From: Vicugna vicugna
Taxonomy: Eukaryota
Length of the DNA stretch: 64,000 nt
Direction: 5' to 3'
NCBI GenBank assembly: GCA_013265495.1
Contig: MU057724.1
Span: forward strand, 124,001 to 188,000
In this document: positions 1 through 14,330 of the stretch, piece by piece
Layout: each line of letters begins with the position of its first letter
How positions within the stretch are numbered: position 1 is the first letter of the stretch
Translations under genes and position numbers: made by a program
Notes under the pieces: model-generated
The model's input: only the letters and a program-made list of their open reading frames with translations
Told to the model about the DNA's origin: nothing
Database searches by the model: none

Positions 1-544
1 AATTTGAGAACGATTTTACCCAAGTTCTTCTAGACTAGCTGTAATTTCCTTCTCTGCCTGGCTACCAGGGAGGTAGTGAAAAAAATCTTCCAAATACAAG
101 AAGTTATAAATGGGTTCTATCCAGGGTTTCCATTATGAGATAGAGCCATCCCAAGGAATCTGTAAACAATTGTATTTCAGTGGCAATATTCTTCTAAAGT
201 TACTGTTTGGAGTCTTATCCTTCTATCTTGTATGTATATTATGTAGACCAAGGATGTGATCAAAATAGATAACATGGTAGCAACACCATCATCAAGCACT
301 GTGCACTTTAGAGCTGATGTTAACTACAAGCGTTCTTATAAATGTATATTTAAACGTATCAAGGAATTGACCTGGCTTTTACTAAATGAGCATTTTACTA
401 TATTGTATCCAGGTCAGTTGGAACTCAGCATATTGGGAACTTCACCTCACTTTCTTTCCCTGTCTTCTTTGATGGTATGGGCATCATTCAAAAGCATTTC
501 AGTAAAACTAGGTATAATCCATAGAGGTATATGACAACTTCTTC

Positions 545-2905
545 TTTTAAAATTAAGACATAATTAGCTACCATTCAAGTCACCATTTTGAAGTCTACAG
601 TGGTTTTTTTTTTACTATGTTTACAGAGTTGTATGACCATCACCGCAATCTGTTTTAGAAAGTTTTCATCACCCTGAAGAGAAATCTCATCCCCAGTGGC
701 AGTCACTGTTCTTTCCCCCAAGACTTCAGCACTAGACAACCATCCGTCTATGAATGTGCCTATATTGGAAATTTCATATAAATGCAGTCATTCAGTGTAT
801 GGTCTTATTTAAATAGCTTCCTTCATTTAGCATAGGAGCAAGGTTCATCCTTGTTGAAGCATATGTCAATACTTCATTCCTTTTTATGGCCAAATAATAC
901 TTCATTATATGCACATACCACACTTTGTTTATCCGTTCATCTGTTGATGGACATTTTCGTCGTTTTTATTTTTGAGTATTATGAATAATGCTGCTATGAA
1001 TATTTGTTTACATGTTTTTACGTGGACATACGGTTTCATTTCCCTTGAGTTTATACCTAGATGAAGTAGAATTGCTAGGTCATCTGATAATTCTCTGTTT
1101 CACATTTTGAGGATCTACCAAATGATTTTCCACAATGGCTGCACTGTTACACACCTGACCAGCAGTGAATGAGTGTACCAGTTTCTCTGCAACCACACCA
1201 ACACGTTACTATCTTTTGACAATAATCATCCTATTAAATATGAAGTAGTATTTTGTTGTAGTTTTGATTTGTATTTCCCAGTGACTAATGATTTTGAGTA
1301 TCTTTCCATGTGCTTCTTTGTCATTTGTGTATCTTCTTTGGAGAAATCCCTATTCATAATGTCCTTTGCCTATTTTTAGTTGGGTTATTTATCTTTTTAT
1401 TATTGAGTTGAGAGTTCTCTATGTATTCTGCATTCAAGTCTCTTATTAGACATATGTTTTAAAAGTATTTTCTCTCATTTTTTTGTGTTGTCTTTTCACT
1501 TTATGGTGTTCTTTGAAGCAAAAAATGTTTTGAATTTTGATGACATCCAATTTATTTTTTTTTTCCTGTCACTTACTCTTTTGGTATCATATGTAACATG
1601 ACATAACAGACATATTCGTTCTTTTGCCAGTGGATATCCAATTATCCCACACCAATTTTTGAAAAGTTAATATTCTTTCCCTGTTGAATTTTCTTCGTAC
1701 CCTTGTTGAAAATCCATTGACCATAAATATGGATCATTTCTATCGAGTTACATTCCTTTCTTATGCCACTGTTAATCTATTTGTTTGTCTTTATTCCAGT
1801 ACCACTCTGTTTTGATTACTGTAGCTTTGTAGGATGCTTTGAAGTCAGAAATTGTGAGTCCTCCAACTTTGTTGTTCATTTTCAATATTGTTTGATGATT
1901 GTATGTCCCTTTACCTCCATATGAATTTTAGAATCAACTCATTGGTTTCTACCAAAAGGCTGGATAGGTTTTTGATAAAACATTGTGTTGAATCTTTAGG
2001 TCAATTTGGAGAGTGTTGCAGTCTTAACAATATTAGGTCTTCCTATTTATGAATATGAATGTCTTTCCATGTACTTAAAAATTCTTTAATTTCTCTTAAC
2101 AGTCCTTTGTAGTTTTCAGAATACAGATTTTGCACTTTCTTCAATTTATTCCTAAATACTTTATTGTTTGATGCCATTTTAAATAAATTTTTTTATTTTT
2201 CATTTCAGTATCACATTGTCCATTAGTATTATATAGAAGTACAGTTTTTTAAAATTCATCTTGTATCCTGTAAGCTTGGTGAACTCATTTATTACTCTTA
2301 ATAGTTTTTTAGAGGATTTCTTAGAATATACAAAATTATACAAGATTATGTCATCTTCAACCAGAGAGTTTTACTTCTTTCTTTCTAACCTGGATCCATT
2401 TCTTTCTTTCTTTTTTCCCTCCGTAACTTCCTTGACCAGAACCTCTACTGCAGTGTTGAGTGGAAGACACCGTTGTCCTTTTCTGGGTCTTAAGACGAAA
2501 GTACTCACCATTAAATATGACGTTAGTCGTAGTATTTTTATAGATGCTGTTTATCAGATTGAGGAAGTTCTCTTATTCCTGGTTTATTGAGTGTTTTCAT
2601 CAGGAAATGTGTTGGATTTGGTCAAATGCCTTTTTTGTGTCTATTGAGATGATTGTGTAGTTTTTGTATTTTATTCTTTTGGTGTGGTTGTGTTACATTT
2701 ATTGATCTTTCAGATGTTAAAGCAACATAGCTTTCCTGAGATAAATCCCACTTACTTCATAGTGTATAATTCTTTCAATATGTTGTTGAATTCAGTTTGC
2801 TCATATTTTGCCAAGCAGTTTTGCATCTATATTCATAGGTAATATTGGTCTATAGTTTTCTCTTCTTGAAATGTCTTTGATTTTGGGATGAGGTTACCAT
2901 GGCCC
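545..2905 (-). mobile_element. Old LINE-1 (L1MB-like) 3' UTR and 3' part of ORF2, first segment
   Basis: Typical antisense L1MB 3'-end text (ttgtatgaccatcaccgcaatc...ttttcatcaccc), followed by antisense ORF2 motifs (ttgatggacattt, gtaccactctgttttgattactgtagctttgta, gataaatcccactt). Heavily decayed with no long ORF; subfamily from memory. Confidence 0.9.
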
Positions 2906-3264
2906 AATGGCCTAGGAAACGCCCATGCAGGCCCCCAGGCTCTGGGGAGGGGGGGCCAGACACCATGGTTATTAAGAAATAAGGTAATATTTCAGAATTT
3001 GCTGTGTGTTGGACAATGTTCTGTGCTCCCTTAAGCCATTTCATTTATTTCAGAATTCTATGAAATAAATATATAAATTAAACTATGTTACAGGTGAGTA
3101 ATTGTGGCAAGTAGATTTCAAATTTCCAGTCTTACTTCATACAAGGAAAAATGAAGTTTTGAAGTGAAATAGAAGATTAAATTTTCTTACCTTTAGGAAG
3201 TGCTTTTTACTCTGGGAAATGATGGAGTCAGTTTCTGTAGGGTCACATTTCAGTGGTAGGTGTC

Positions 3265-4193
3265 TACTGGCCCCGTAGAATGAATTGGGAAGTATTCCCT
3301 AATCTCTCATTTTGGGCAGAGTTAGTAAGGGTTGGTATTAATTCCTCTTTAAACATTTGGTACAATTTACCAGTGAATCCATCTGGGTCTGGGCTTTTGT
3401 TTGTGGAAGCTTTAAAATTACTGACTCATCTCCTTGTTTGTTACAGGTCTATTCAAATTTTCTGTTTCTACCTGTAAGTTGTGGTAATTTGTGTCTTTCT
3501 AGGAATTTGTTCATATTGTTTCATGTATCTAATTTGTTGGTACAGTTGTTCATGTCGTTTCCTTCAAGTATTCCTGTAGTCCCTTTACTTTCTGTAAGAC
3601 TGGTAGTGCTTTCCCTCTTTCATTTCTAATTTTTGCCATTTGAGTTGTCTCTCGTTTTCTCATGGTTAGTCTAGCTAATGGTTTGTCAATTCGGTCAGTC
3701 TTTTCAAGGAACCGTCTTTTGGTTTTGTGGATTTCGTTTTTCCATTTTCTGTTTCACTTATTTCTGCCTAACCTTTGTCATTTTCTTCCTTCTGCTTGCT
3801 TTGGGTTTAGTTTGCTTTTGTTTTTCTGTTTTTTTTAATATGGAAGGTGAGGTTGATTTGTAATCTTTTTAATACAGGCATCCACAACTGTAAATATAAG
3901 GCTACTTTATTTACCTTTCATAAGTTTTATTATGTTGTGTATTCCATTTCATTCCTTTCAAAATATTTTCTAATTTCCCTTGTGATTTCTTCATTGACCT
4001 GTTGGTTATTTAAGGACTGTGTTGTTTAATTTCCACATATTTGTGAATTTTCCACATATCCTTGTACTGTTGATTTCTAATTTTATTTCATTTTTGTCGA
4101 AAAAGATTGTATGATTCTGATTTTTTAAAATTTACTGACCATATGGTTTGTTCTGGAGAATGTCTGTGTATGCTTGTAAATAATACATACTCT
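3265..4193 (-). mobile_element. Continuation of the same L1 (ORF2) after a ~360-bp interruption
   Basis: Resumes with tactggccccgtagaatgaattgggaagtattccc, the L1 text expected directly after 2896-2905. Ends near tggtttgttctggagaatgtc. Confidence 0.85.
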
Positions 4194-6554
4194 TATGAGA
4201 GCTTTTTATAATTTTTCATTTAGCATAACTAGAGCTTTTCATCGCTTCATCTTTTGGTAAGGCTTGCTAGGATTATTAATTCTGCAAGTGTAAAGGGTTT
4301 CATGTAAGTAGACATTTATGTAAATATAGTATTTTATGGGGCATTGGTGTATGTTTCTTCAGGTCTGTCTGGTCACTGATATCTTTGGTTCAGGCGTCAT
4401 TCTAAAAGGCAAGTAAAAAAAACCTCCATGAGGCACGGGCTTCGCTTGGCAAGTGTGTTCCTTATGTTAACAAAGTGAATTTTGGTAATTATATACAGTA
4501 CTTCCTTGCCGAAATGCAGCAGAATGAGTTAGAGATACCCAAAGAAGAGTGAGTAAGCAAGGTGGGTGCTGTTTCCTTCCTGAATTGACTGTAGCATCAG
4601 GAATTAACTGTGATTTTTAATGTTGAAACAGTTAAGGACAGATGTTACATGTTCTCTCATCAGGGCTGGAGGAAGGATCACTGTCTCTGACAGTGACAGG
4701 CCAAAGGGAGGCATGTTCTTGGCCAACTGAACTAACAGCTCTTTTGCATCATTTCCACTAATAAGCAGCAAACACAGTCATTGTCATGCTTTCCATCTTG
4801 AATAGTAGGTTCTGCAATTTCTTTATCAAAGTAACCTGGATTAAATACACTCTTCTATGATTAATACAGTACAATATTGAAATTATAATTTATAAAGGCA
4901 AACCAGAAACATTGTTGAAAAGTAGCTTTAAAAAAAAACAGCAATGATCAAAGCAATGCTTCAGTTACGGGTTGCAGTAAATACTTCCAGTGTTTACAGA
5001 CTTTTCAATATAATATCTAGGAAGATTTTCCATATTCTGACTAATAAAATAGAGCAAATTTTTTGAATATCACCGTGCATCCTAAAAATTCTTTGTGGGA
5101 GAGAGTATTATGTCTACCAGGTAAAGACTTGTGTGTTTGCCACACCAGCTTAACCCACTATGTGTCATTTGTGTCAGCCAGTCCTTAGTGTGTGACCTAC
5201 TCCATTATCTTTTCCATAAGAAGAAGAGAATCTTCTGTGCTAGACTTGAATAATTGTGTGCCCTTACCTAGCTGGTTCATTCGGGTCCCAAAGTCTGTTT
5301 CTTTAGTTAGCATTTTGGTAGATTACAGAATAAGTATTTTCTAACCTCATGTAGTGTACTAAAGAAAACATTTGTATTGACCACTGCTAGTTTCTTCATT
5401 ATCATTTAGAAGAGATGACCTCCATTTTCCTTTAGTAACTTCCAGTATCAGAAGTTCCAGCTATTTTACAAAACAAACAAAGTATTTGTGTGGAGCAGTG
5501 AGCACCTTAAAGCTCTCTACCCAGGAGATAATCAGTAAATGCCTGATGACTGATAGAAAATCATTTTGGTAAAACTGAACACGGGAGACTTGAAGAGCAC
5601 ACAGCACGTTGTTTGGCTGATGCAGGTATTCGTGGACCCGGCTACATTGATAACTAACATCTGTGACTACTGTATTTCTGGAAAGTGGATTGGTATCATC
5701 CATTTGGTACGGTTTATGTTTGCATTAGAGCTGACTGAGAAAGTGTCTTGTGAAGTTTTAGGTTTGCCTGTAAAACCCTGCGCCACCCTGGGCCTGTTCT
5801 CATCCTGGTGAGGAGACTCCACAGTCTGTCCTCTAGAACAGCTCCAGCTTCCTTGCCAACTGTCTGAACATACTTGGGAAGTAAACCAGCCCACCCGCCT
5901 AGAAGAATACACGTTACCCCAGTGAGCCAATAAAGCATGCAGTGTTCTGTGACTGCGGACATTGCCCCAGCTTCAGCCAACTGCGTGTTGATACTTATCC
6001 AGGAGGCTGAGAAGATGTAGCTGGGTCCATGAAAAAGTAAAACATTTTTTGGAAAAAGGAATGAAAACATTTGCAGTAATAGTGGATAATTCAGCACCAT
6101 GGGTTTCAGAAAGCAGAGACCATTAAATGGTGTAACACTGTTTCAGAGGCACAGCTCTGCTATGAGCTAAGTGATAAAGCAGGTCTAGTGACAAAACTAG
6201 ACTGTGGCCCAGGTTTCCCAGCTGAGGACATTAACATTTACTCTCTCTGAACTTTCAACTCTTGTGAATTCTGTTTTCCACTCACAGCTCGACCTCGTCT
6301 GAGTGCAGCCCCTGTGTCTTCTTCATTGTATCAACATCGTTGATTTGTACTATTTTTGAGCATTAGTTACCCTCATGACTCTTCTAGGTGTCTTCTGACT
6401 TGTTATTTTCTCAATTTTAAGCTGTAAAATGGAAAAACATATACCTTACATATATGCTTTTTGCACTTTATTTCTCAAGCCACGTGCATACTATTATCTC
6501 TTTGGATTCTCGCAGCATTGCAGGCTGTCAGCAGGGCCCTGTGCGGCCCACAGA

Positions 6555-6602
6555 GTCCAGTCCAGGCTGTGTAAGTGCAGTCCAGGCTGTGTAACTGTGT
6601 AA
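6555..6602. repeat. 20-bp tandem duplication plus partial third copy
   Basis: gtccagtccaggctgtgtaa / gtgcagtccaggctgtgtaa / ctgtgtaa. Confidence 0.85.
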
Positions 6603-9600
6603 GCAGGAAGAGCATATCTGGATGCTGCTTGCTTGCCTGGAAGTGACCCAGCACAGTCACCAGCACGTTGGGATTTTTCATGTGAACATAAACCCCTCAC
6701 CTTTCCAAAGGGCGAAGGGCAGAAGCAGCATCGTAGTACAGCTCCCTTGTAGACATAAGGAGGGTATTCCTCTCCCCGGAGGGCAGGTCCAGCACCGCCT
6801 CAGGTGGGGCATCCGCTCCACATGTGCGAGCTCTTCTCCCCTACTGCAGGTGGGTTATGTCTTGGAATCTGTAATTCTGTAAATGGAGTGAACTGCATGG
6901 CTGATAGGCTAATATCACCAATACACACTATTTAAAATAGGAGGAAGGAAGAGAGAATATGGTTTAACAGGCATAAATATATACAGGACACCCTGAGGAA
7001 AGAATTTTGCGTAGGTATTAGAATGCTCACTTCTGCAGTGGGTACGAGCCTCTCCATGGTCCATCTGCCCTGGTCCCTGGGGTGTTGAATTCACTGCAGT
7101 GCTGCTGGCAGAGCATAGCAGACAGGGAGAGCATGACCAGAGCTGAGTGAATGCATGTCCCAGTGAGGGAAAGTTGTCACCTGTCCTGACAGAAGACACT
7201 CCATGTAACTGACCTGCTGCTCCGTGGCAAGTGGTCCCTCAGGATCGTTGCTGGGCGTGGCAAGCTGGACTCTCAGTAGACAGGTCAGTAGTGGTGTGCA
7301 GCCTTTGCCACCACGACCCTGCTTGTGACCCACCAAAGGAGCCCTGGATCCCTGCACACAGACTCAGACAAGTGTTTTTAGGTGATTTATCATCCCCCTG
7401 GGTTTTGAGCCTCCTCTTCTGCAGGCAGCATTCAGGTGGGACACACATACTCTCTGTCACTCTTTGTTCCCAACCATCTCTCTGCCTGCCCTTTCATTGT
7501 CTTCTTTCTACCTTTGTGATCATCTGTTTGACTGTCTTCATCAGGCAGTTTGGCTCACAGCGCAACCTGTCTTTGCTTCTGGATCAAGTGGACCATCACA
7601 TGTGTCCTCGGAGACTAGTCCCAATTAGCCAGCTGAGCAGCCATGGCCTATGAGTCCATGGGAGCTGTGCCCCATGCCATTTCTGGGCACACTGGACCCA
7701 GAAGATGCACCACACGAAGCTGTGCATGTCCTCAGGGCCTTGCTGGAAGGGAGGTGCAAAACCGCTTGTTTCCAGCCACTGTCCCGTGTCATGTCAGCCT
7801 ATCTGAAACCCAGGCTTGAGTTTTCCACTTCAGATTACTTGTCCTGGAGACATCCCATGGGGCTGCAAGTGTAGGTTGAGGGAAGGATGGCAGATGTGGC
7901 AGGAGTAGGTGAAGCAAAAGTGCAAGCTTCCTGTTTGTGAAATTTACTTCACCCTGAATATGCTGTACACACCACTTGCACTTGCAGATAGTGTTCCAGG
8001 ATGTGCCCACCTCTGCAGCCAGGTAAGTCATACAGTGCCCAGTTCGTGTAAGTCCCATGGCTCTAGGTATCCCATGGTCAGGTGTTCCGTCACCCACAGG
8101 GAGCCAGTACAAGCCAGGATTTCATATCAAAAGAAAGATAGTTATTTGCTGAATAGAGCATGGCTTAGCCCCCAAACCTTAGATCCTTCTACTAGGCTGT
8201 TTGACTCCAAGGATCTCAGTCAACCATAGATATTGCCGTTGGTCACAAGGACCAAAGGCAGAGTTGCTTGCATTGTGTCCTGACCCACATGAAGTGCTTT
8301 CTCTCAACCCGGCTCCGTGCTGAGCTTTTGAGGTCACTCTGGAAATAGATCAGAGTGGAAAACGGGAAAGTGACATGTGTTGCCTCCAGAATCCAGTGAG
8401 ATATGCGAAGCACTTGTGCTTCTTTCCTAGTGGTAGTGGGTGAAACTCGCAACAGCATGCTTTCATTTTGAAGGCGCTATCTCAACATGCCCCAGGTCGC
8501 TGTACCACTAGAAATTTCCCTCAGAGAGCAGGCTCCTGAAGTTTTCTTCTTTTCTTTTATCTTCTGTCCTCTGATGTATACTTGTCTTACAAGGGTGTCC
8601 TGGAGTGCCCTTTACTTTCTGCTAAGAACCCTATCAGCCTGATGCTGTCTTGTCCTGTGGGATGGTGAGACAGTAAGCTTCCTGCAGACTGAGTTAGGAC
8701 ACAGAACCAGAGATGACGTAGCTCCAGGGTGGCACGGTGAAAGCAGGCAGCTTTCTGTTCCTCTGCTGGTTCGGATAGGAAAACGCATACAATTTGCACA
8801 CATTCATCCTTCAAGTCAGTAGCTGCACACCAGATCAGGGGATGTGTTGATTTGCTCTAGTGGGATCCCAGCTAGGTCTGCAGCTGCAGCGGGAATTGCT
8901 CCCTGGTTAAGTCTGTGACGCTCCACTGTCATTCTCTACACAGGCCCGGCACCCACAACGGGAGGTGTGACAGGAACCACCACCGTGCACCTTTCAAGTC
9001 TCTTGACGGTAGTATTAATCTTGGTGCTCCCCAAGAAGATACGATGTTTCTTTCAGTTGCTGTTTTGCAGGGAAGAGATGCTTTGGGGTTTCTCTTCAGC
9101 TCTTCTAATATCAGGAGTTCTTGTATATGAATCAAGGTGCAAATGTGGAAGTTCTGCCCATTTCTGAGTCTGTGTTCCATCTACAAACTCATATCTGGGC
9201 AGACAGTCATAAGACAGACTCCATTTGTGTTTGTCGCTCATAAAACCAGCTTGACAAGTAGAGCACAGAGGTGCTGAGACTTTGGGGAGCAACATTAGCT
9301 TGGGCACGATGTCCAACAAATCCTGAAAGCTCTGGGCATTTCCCTTTCTCCAGTGCACAGCTGTCCCCAGAAGCACAACTTGTGGGGCTCTTTTGGGAAG
9401 GAGCAGTAGGAAGAGTTAAATGACATGATTTACGACGTCATTGAAGGGTTCTTCCCTCAAGGACCCAACTGCTCCTTTTGTTCGGGACTCAAGGACCACT
9501 CTTGACTCAGGCTGGGGCCTAGCAGAGAGGCCCTAGACTTTGTCATTCTTGATCAGACATGGCCTCTGTCACTGACCCTGCATGTCTGACGGGAGGTTCC

Positions 9601-12312
9601 TAGGATGCCCAGCTCTTCTGGCCCTAGAAACCCCTCATCAACTGTCCTCCACCAATTATCCCTGTGGCTCAAATTGTAACCTTTGGCTTATCATGTGTGC
9701 TCTGCCTGTCTGCCTCTGGACACTTAGCTCCTCTGCCTCAGCTTTTCTTTCTCTCATTGAAATCAGGGAGCCTGTTCCAAGGGCAGCCTCTGCACCACTG
9801 ACCTTCCTCTCCATGGCTTCTGGGTTGGGGGGTAGAGTGGAGAGGTGGGTGGTAAATCTCCCTCAGTCTTCATATTTCTCCCTTTGTATTTTACTGAGGC
9901 ATTCCTGGCACGCAGCTATTCTGATTCCTATTCTGGGCTACTGTAATACCATGAGGAAGGCAGAAGAGTTTGAGTTACTTTGGTTTTAGGGTCTTTACAG
10001 GAGAGTGCTGCTTATGGACGGACATTGTGGCATCTGTGATGAATTTCCAGTTTCATACTTGGGATGCGTTTGTTAGGGACATATTACAACACCTGACAGA
10101 CAACAGCTAGTCAAGTAACCTTTTCAGTTCCTGTCTCTGTACAATATTGCTCTTCAGAGAAAATGCATCTGCTACTTTCTAAAGCATACTTGAGTGGGAC
10201 TTCCATCTCTTTCTCCTGTAAGAGGGTTTGGAGACAGGTTGTGGAGTTGTTTAACTGAGGAAGGTCTGCTGGTTGGAACCCAAACTACTCTTTTTTGTCT
10301 TACCCTGTCTGCGTACTAATGCCTGAGGTGGTTGGTCTGCTGATGATTGTCGTTGAATCACTTTTTCCTTGCTTTTTTCTCCCAAGAAAAATAAACAGAC
10401 AACAGTTTTGAAGATTAACAGTAAACATGTTTCATTAGTCTTGCTCTGTGTCTTCTCTCCCTTTAACTGTCCATCTTTAAAGCATGTGGTGGAGGAGTTC
10501 CTGGTGTGATTTAGCACAGGCCTCGGCAGTTATCTCCTTTGAGGGGTTTTGCCCGGGCTGGAGTTTCCCGACAGCCCTGACCACAGAGCGGTGGAATGTG
10601 GGGCTGACGTCACGGCCGCTCCTGGGAATGTTTTGCATTCCTCTTCCTGGCAGTGGTCAGGTGGCTTCCAGCAAGAATGAAGGACAACAGCTTCCAAAGG
10701 AGAAAACGAGAGGAGGGAAAGAACAGTTTATAATCAAACTATTGTGGGGGAGGCACTTTTATTCTGAGCCAAAACTGAAATTAGAACCAGATGTCTTACA
10801 TTCTGATGCTGCACGAATGTTAAATACGTTTATTAATGACTGTAATAGCTGAGCTATTTGGCTTTTTATTGAACTTATGTTTTGAAACTCTCTTTAAGAA
10901 TTATGGAAAAACTACTTCTTGTAGCTGACATTTTAACTGCAAAAGCAGCTTTCTGAGTTTAAAACAGGGAATGGCACCCTGAGGCCTGGGCGCTGTAGTT
11001 AATGGACAGGCTGTTTTAAACTCTTATTAATCTTCCAAAAAGTTGCTTCTGCAACATAAAATCTCTGTAACCTGTGAATGTGTTTTGTCCTGATCAAGCA
11101 ACTTCAGTCCATTAATTATGGGAGACGTACGTTCTATTAAAATACCCGCCACAGAAGGTTTTTTCCCCTCAAAATATTTAATTTCCATTGTTATTTCTGT
11201 GTATTATGTGACTAGCCAAGCCAAATACTCAACACGAAACTTAGCAGACTCTTAATAAAATAAACAGGTTTTCCAAAGTCGTGCAATGTGTGCAACAGAA
11301 AATTGGACAGTAACTGAGTTAAATTTTAAACTTAATTTGTGTTTGTCTTCTAGCTACTGAAGTGCCTTTGTTCACATTGATTATACTGGTTTAGCGGATC
11401 GTGATTTGTCTATGTATTTTAAAATAAAACATTTCATTCCTTTTTTTTTTTTAATGGATGCCTTTCAGTAGATTCCTGCTTATTTTCTGTGACAGCAATT
11501 CCATTAAAACAGTTCTCCAGTTTAGGTGAAATGTGTTTGAGTACTTCCTGTTATACATTGAAATGGAAAGTTGGCTTCCTGTGCAGGTCATATTGCTGGT
11601 AAGGAATTTCCAGAAATGTGGAGAAGTGCTGACTCACAGTGCACAGGGCACAGATCCCACTGCAGTAAGGCCCAGGGGGTTTTCTGGGCTCCAGGCTGAA
11701 GCAAGCAAAATATGCCTCTCTGATGTGCTGCTTTATTTTTAGATGCAGCAGTGCGGGTGGAGGAGAGGCTGTTGGTTGGGATGAGACCCTTGCAAATAGC
11801 TATAAAATGACTAAAAGTTCTAGGGTTAGGTGTGTGTCTAAATGTGTGTTTTTCTACAGTCTATTATTAGAGTTTGAAAAACAGGTGGTTTTGCTTATAG
11901 TACCTAGTGTTGTTCTCTCTGTTTTGCCCCACACGTGACCCCGTGCCCTCAGGCTGGGGTGGTGACTGGCTGTGAGCCCTGTAGAATGTCCCACTGCATT
12001 GGGGGATTGGTCCAGGGAGAGGTCTATGGTGTTGCATCCTTTATGTCTGTGATAAAGTCCCTGAATCTAATAGTAACAATTGACTAAAAACTAAATATTA
12101 GCTGGCAGGAGTTAAGAGAAAAACTAGGATTTGTTGCATTTAATGTGCTTGGCTCTGTCCTGGGTGTTTAACGTTTGTCATATTGTCTGAGTCTGAACTT
12201 ACCAATTGAGATTTCTTTTTCATTCATTTGGTATGGAAATGACTGCTAGACTGCGGGAGAGGGGCTTTCTGAATACATATCTGTTCTCTTAAAGTTAACA
12301 TACCCAAATGTC

Positions 12313-12560
12313 CTCATCCATCAATTCCACAAACACTCTCTGAATAACTGCTCTGTGCCAGGCGGGTGCTGAGTGCTGGGTGCTGAGTGCTGGGCACTGG
12401 GTACTACAGAATATGTGCTCCTGGTTCCCTTTCTGAGGGGAGGGGGCTGCTGCAAGACCCAGGCAGGGAACACATGTCCATAAATGTGTGCAGCATTCCT
12501 TTACGGCTGTCATAGTGGAAATCTACAGGTACAATCTGGCACAAAGGAGGGGGATACTCA
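12313..12560 (-). mobile_element. LINE-2 3' end fragment
   Basis: catcaattccacaaacactctctgaataactgctctgtgccagg...gtgctgggcactggg resembles the antisense L2 tail; boundaries approximate. Confidence 0.6.
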
Positions 12561-13552
12561 GATCTCTGCTAAATTCTGTTGGATTGGTTTCTTTTGGTGT
12601 GATTCTGAGGCTGTCAGAGTTAATGGTTGAAAGTAATTTGAGTAGGCAATGTTAAGAAAACAGTCTGATCAGGGAGGTGAGGGAAATATTAATGTATGTG
12701 TGCAGATACTCAGGCCACCTAAGAGAAAATTTAATAAATAATCGTTTCCTTTGGGGCGCATGTGCAGCTCACAAGACAGCATGACTGCCCTTCCTGTCTA
12801 AGGTCTGTCTTTCCCACGCACTCCTGACGAGTTTGAATGGCTATTTGTTAAAAAAAAAATCACAGAATCGTAGAACGTGCTTTAAAACTGTCTCCTGTGA
12901 TTTTGAAGGTTGACAAAAAGAAGAGCACACGCCCTTCCTGTGAACAGAGCCCCTGCCGTGGGGTCCCTGCCAAGCTGTCACCGTGGGGAGTGCTCATCCA
13001 GCCCGAACGCCCACCAGTTGCAGCCTTCTGCTGGGGCAGGCGAGAGGAGTCATCATCCTGTTTTAAGGGGTGCTTAGGAGGAATTATTAACAGAATGAAG
13101 CTCACATTTTCTACCTTTCTAAGTGTATGTTCTCTAAACAATTGGCGATGAAGGCCTTTGTCCACCCCTGCCGGGTGCTGTGTGAGAATGAGTGTGAGCA
13201 CCAGTGTGGTGGCCATCAGCTCTGATGCTGGGAGTGGCATGTGGCACCAGGGCATGGCCTGCCATCCACACGAGCACCTCGGGTAATCTGCATGGCCCGA
13301 GGCCAGAGTAACCGCACACGTGTTTCTGTAACATACTCACAAGACTTGGTGTGCTGTTTGTCCCTGGTTCCCAACTACCCTGTGCAAGTCTAGGCACTAA
13401 GTTGTGTGAACTGCTCTTGTGTGCATATCTTGTAAGTGTGCAGAAATTTAATGTTTGTTGATTGAATAAATCAACTTGCTCTACTTTGAGGCAAAAACAC
13501 ATTCTTTACTCTGTAAACTCTCATGTATATACACACATAGTCCCTAATATGC

Positions 13553-14330
13553 TTTTTTTTAAAACTGTGGTAAAATATGCATAACATAAAATGTACTATT
13601 TTAATATTCTTCGGTATATTCAGTGGCATGAAGTACATTGATGACTTGGTGCACTCATCACCACTATCCGGAACTTCATCCTCTCACACATGGGCTTTGC
13701 ACCATTAGACAGTGATTTCCCGTTCTCTCCCTGACTCCTGCCACTCCTGGTAACCTCTGTTATGCCATTAGTCGCTATGAATTTGCCTGTTCTAGGGGAG
13801 TCGTGGAAGAGGCATCATACAGTATTTGTCCTTTTGTGTCTGGCCTGTTTCATTCAGTATAATGTCCTCGAAGTGCATCCATGTTGTAGCCTTTCCTTCC
13901 TTCCTGAGGCTGAATGGTATGCCACTATATGGATGAACAGAACGGTTTCTTTACTTGTTCGTCTGTTGTTGCACATTTGAGTTGTTCCACCTTTAGACTG
14001 TGGTGAATAATGTTGCTGTGAACTGATGTCCAGGTGTGTTTCAGTCCCTCCTTTTGAGTATATACCTAGGAATGAAAATGGTAGATCGTATGATAATTCT
14101 GTGTTTAATTTTTTGAGGCAATATTGTAGTTTTCCACAGCGGCTGTACCGTTTTGCATTCTCACCAGCGATGTACAAGGGTTCCAGTTTCTCGACATCCT
14201 CAGCAATACTTGATATTTTCCTTTTTTTTCTTTTATTTTAAATAGCCATTCTAATGAGTGTGAAGTGTTATTTCATCATCCTGGTTTTGACTTGCATTTC
14301 CCTAATGACTAGTGATGTTGAGCACATGAT
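13553..14330 (-). mobile_element. LINE-1 (L1MB-like) 3' end fragment
   Basis: Poly-T start, then tgtggtaaaatatgcataacataaaat. ORF 13854..14177(-) contains the L1 ORF2 C-terminal motif [22 protein letters not shown]. Confidence 0.9.

Noticed and set aside
3053..3099. Exon-like segment ttcag...CAG|gtgagt
   Set aside because: It is AT-rich with stop codons and lies in an apparent antisense MIR, whose core naturally gives acag(a/g)tgag.
10033..10100. Possible C/D box snoRNA (GTGATGA at 10036, CTGA at 10093, TCTG/CAGA flanks)
   Set aside because: It is short, the terminal stem is out of register for a K-turn, and there are no convincing C'/D' boxes or recognisable rRNA guide. An Infernal/snoscan search would be needed to revive it.
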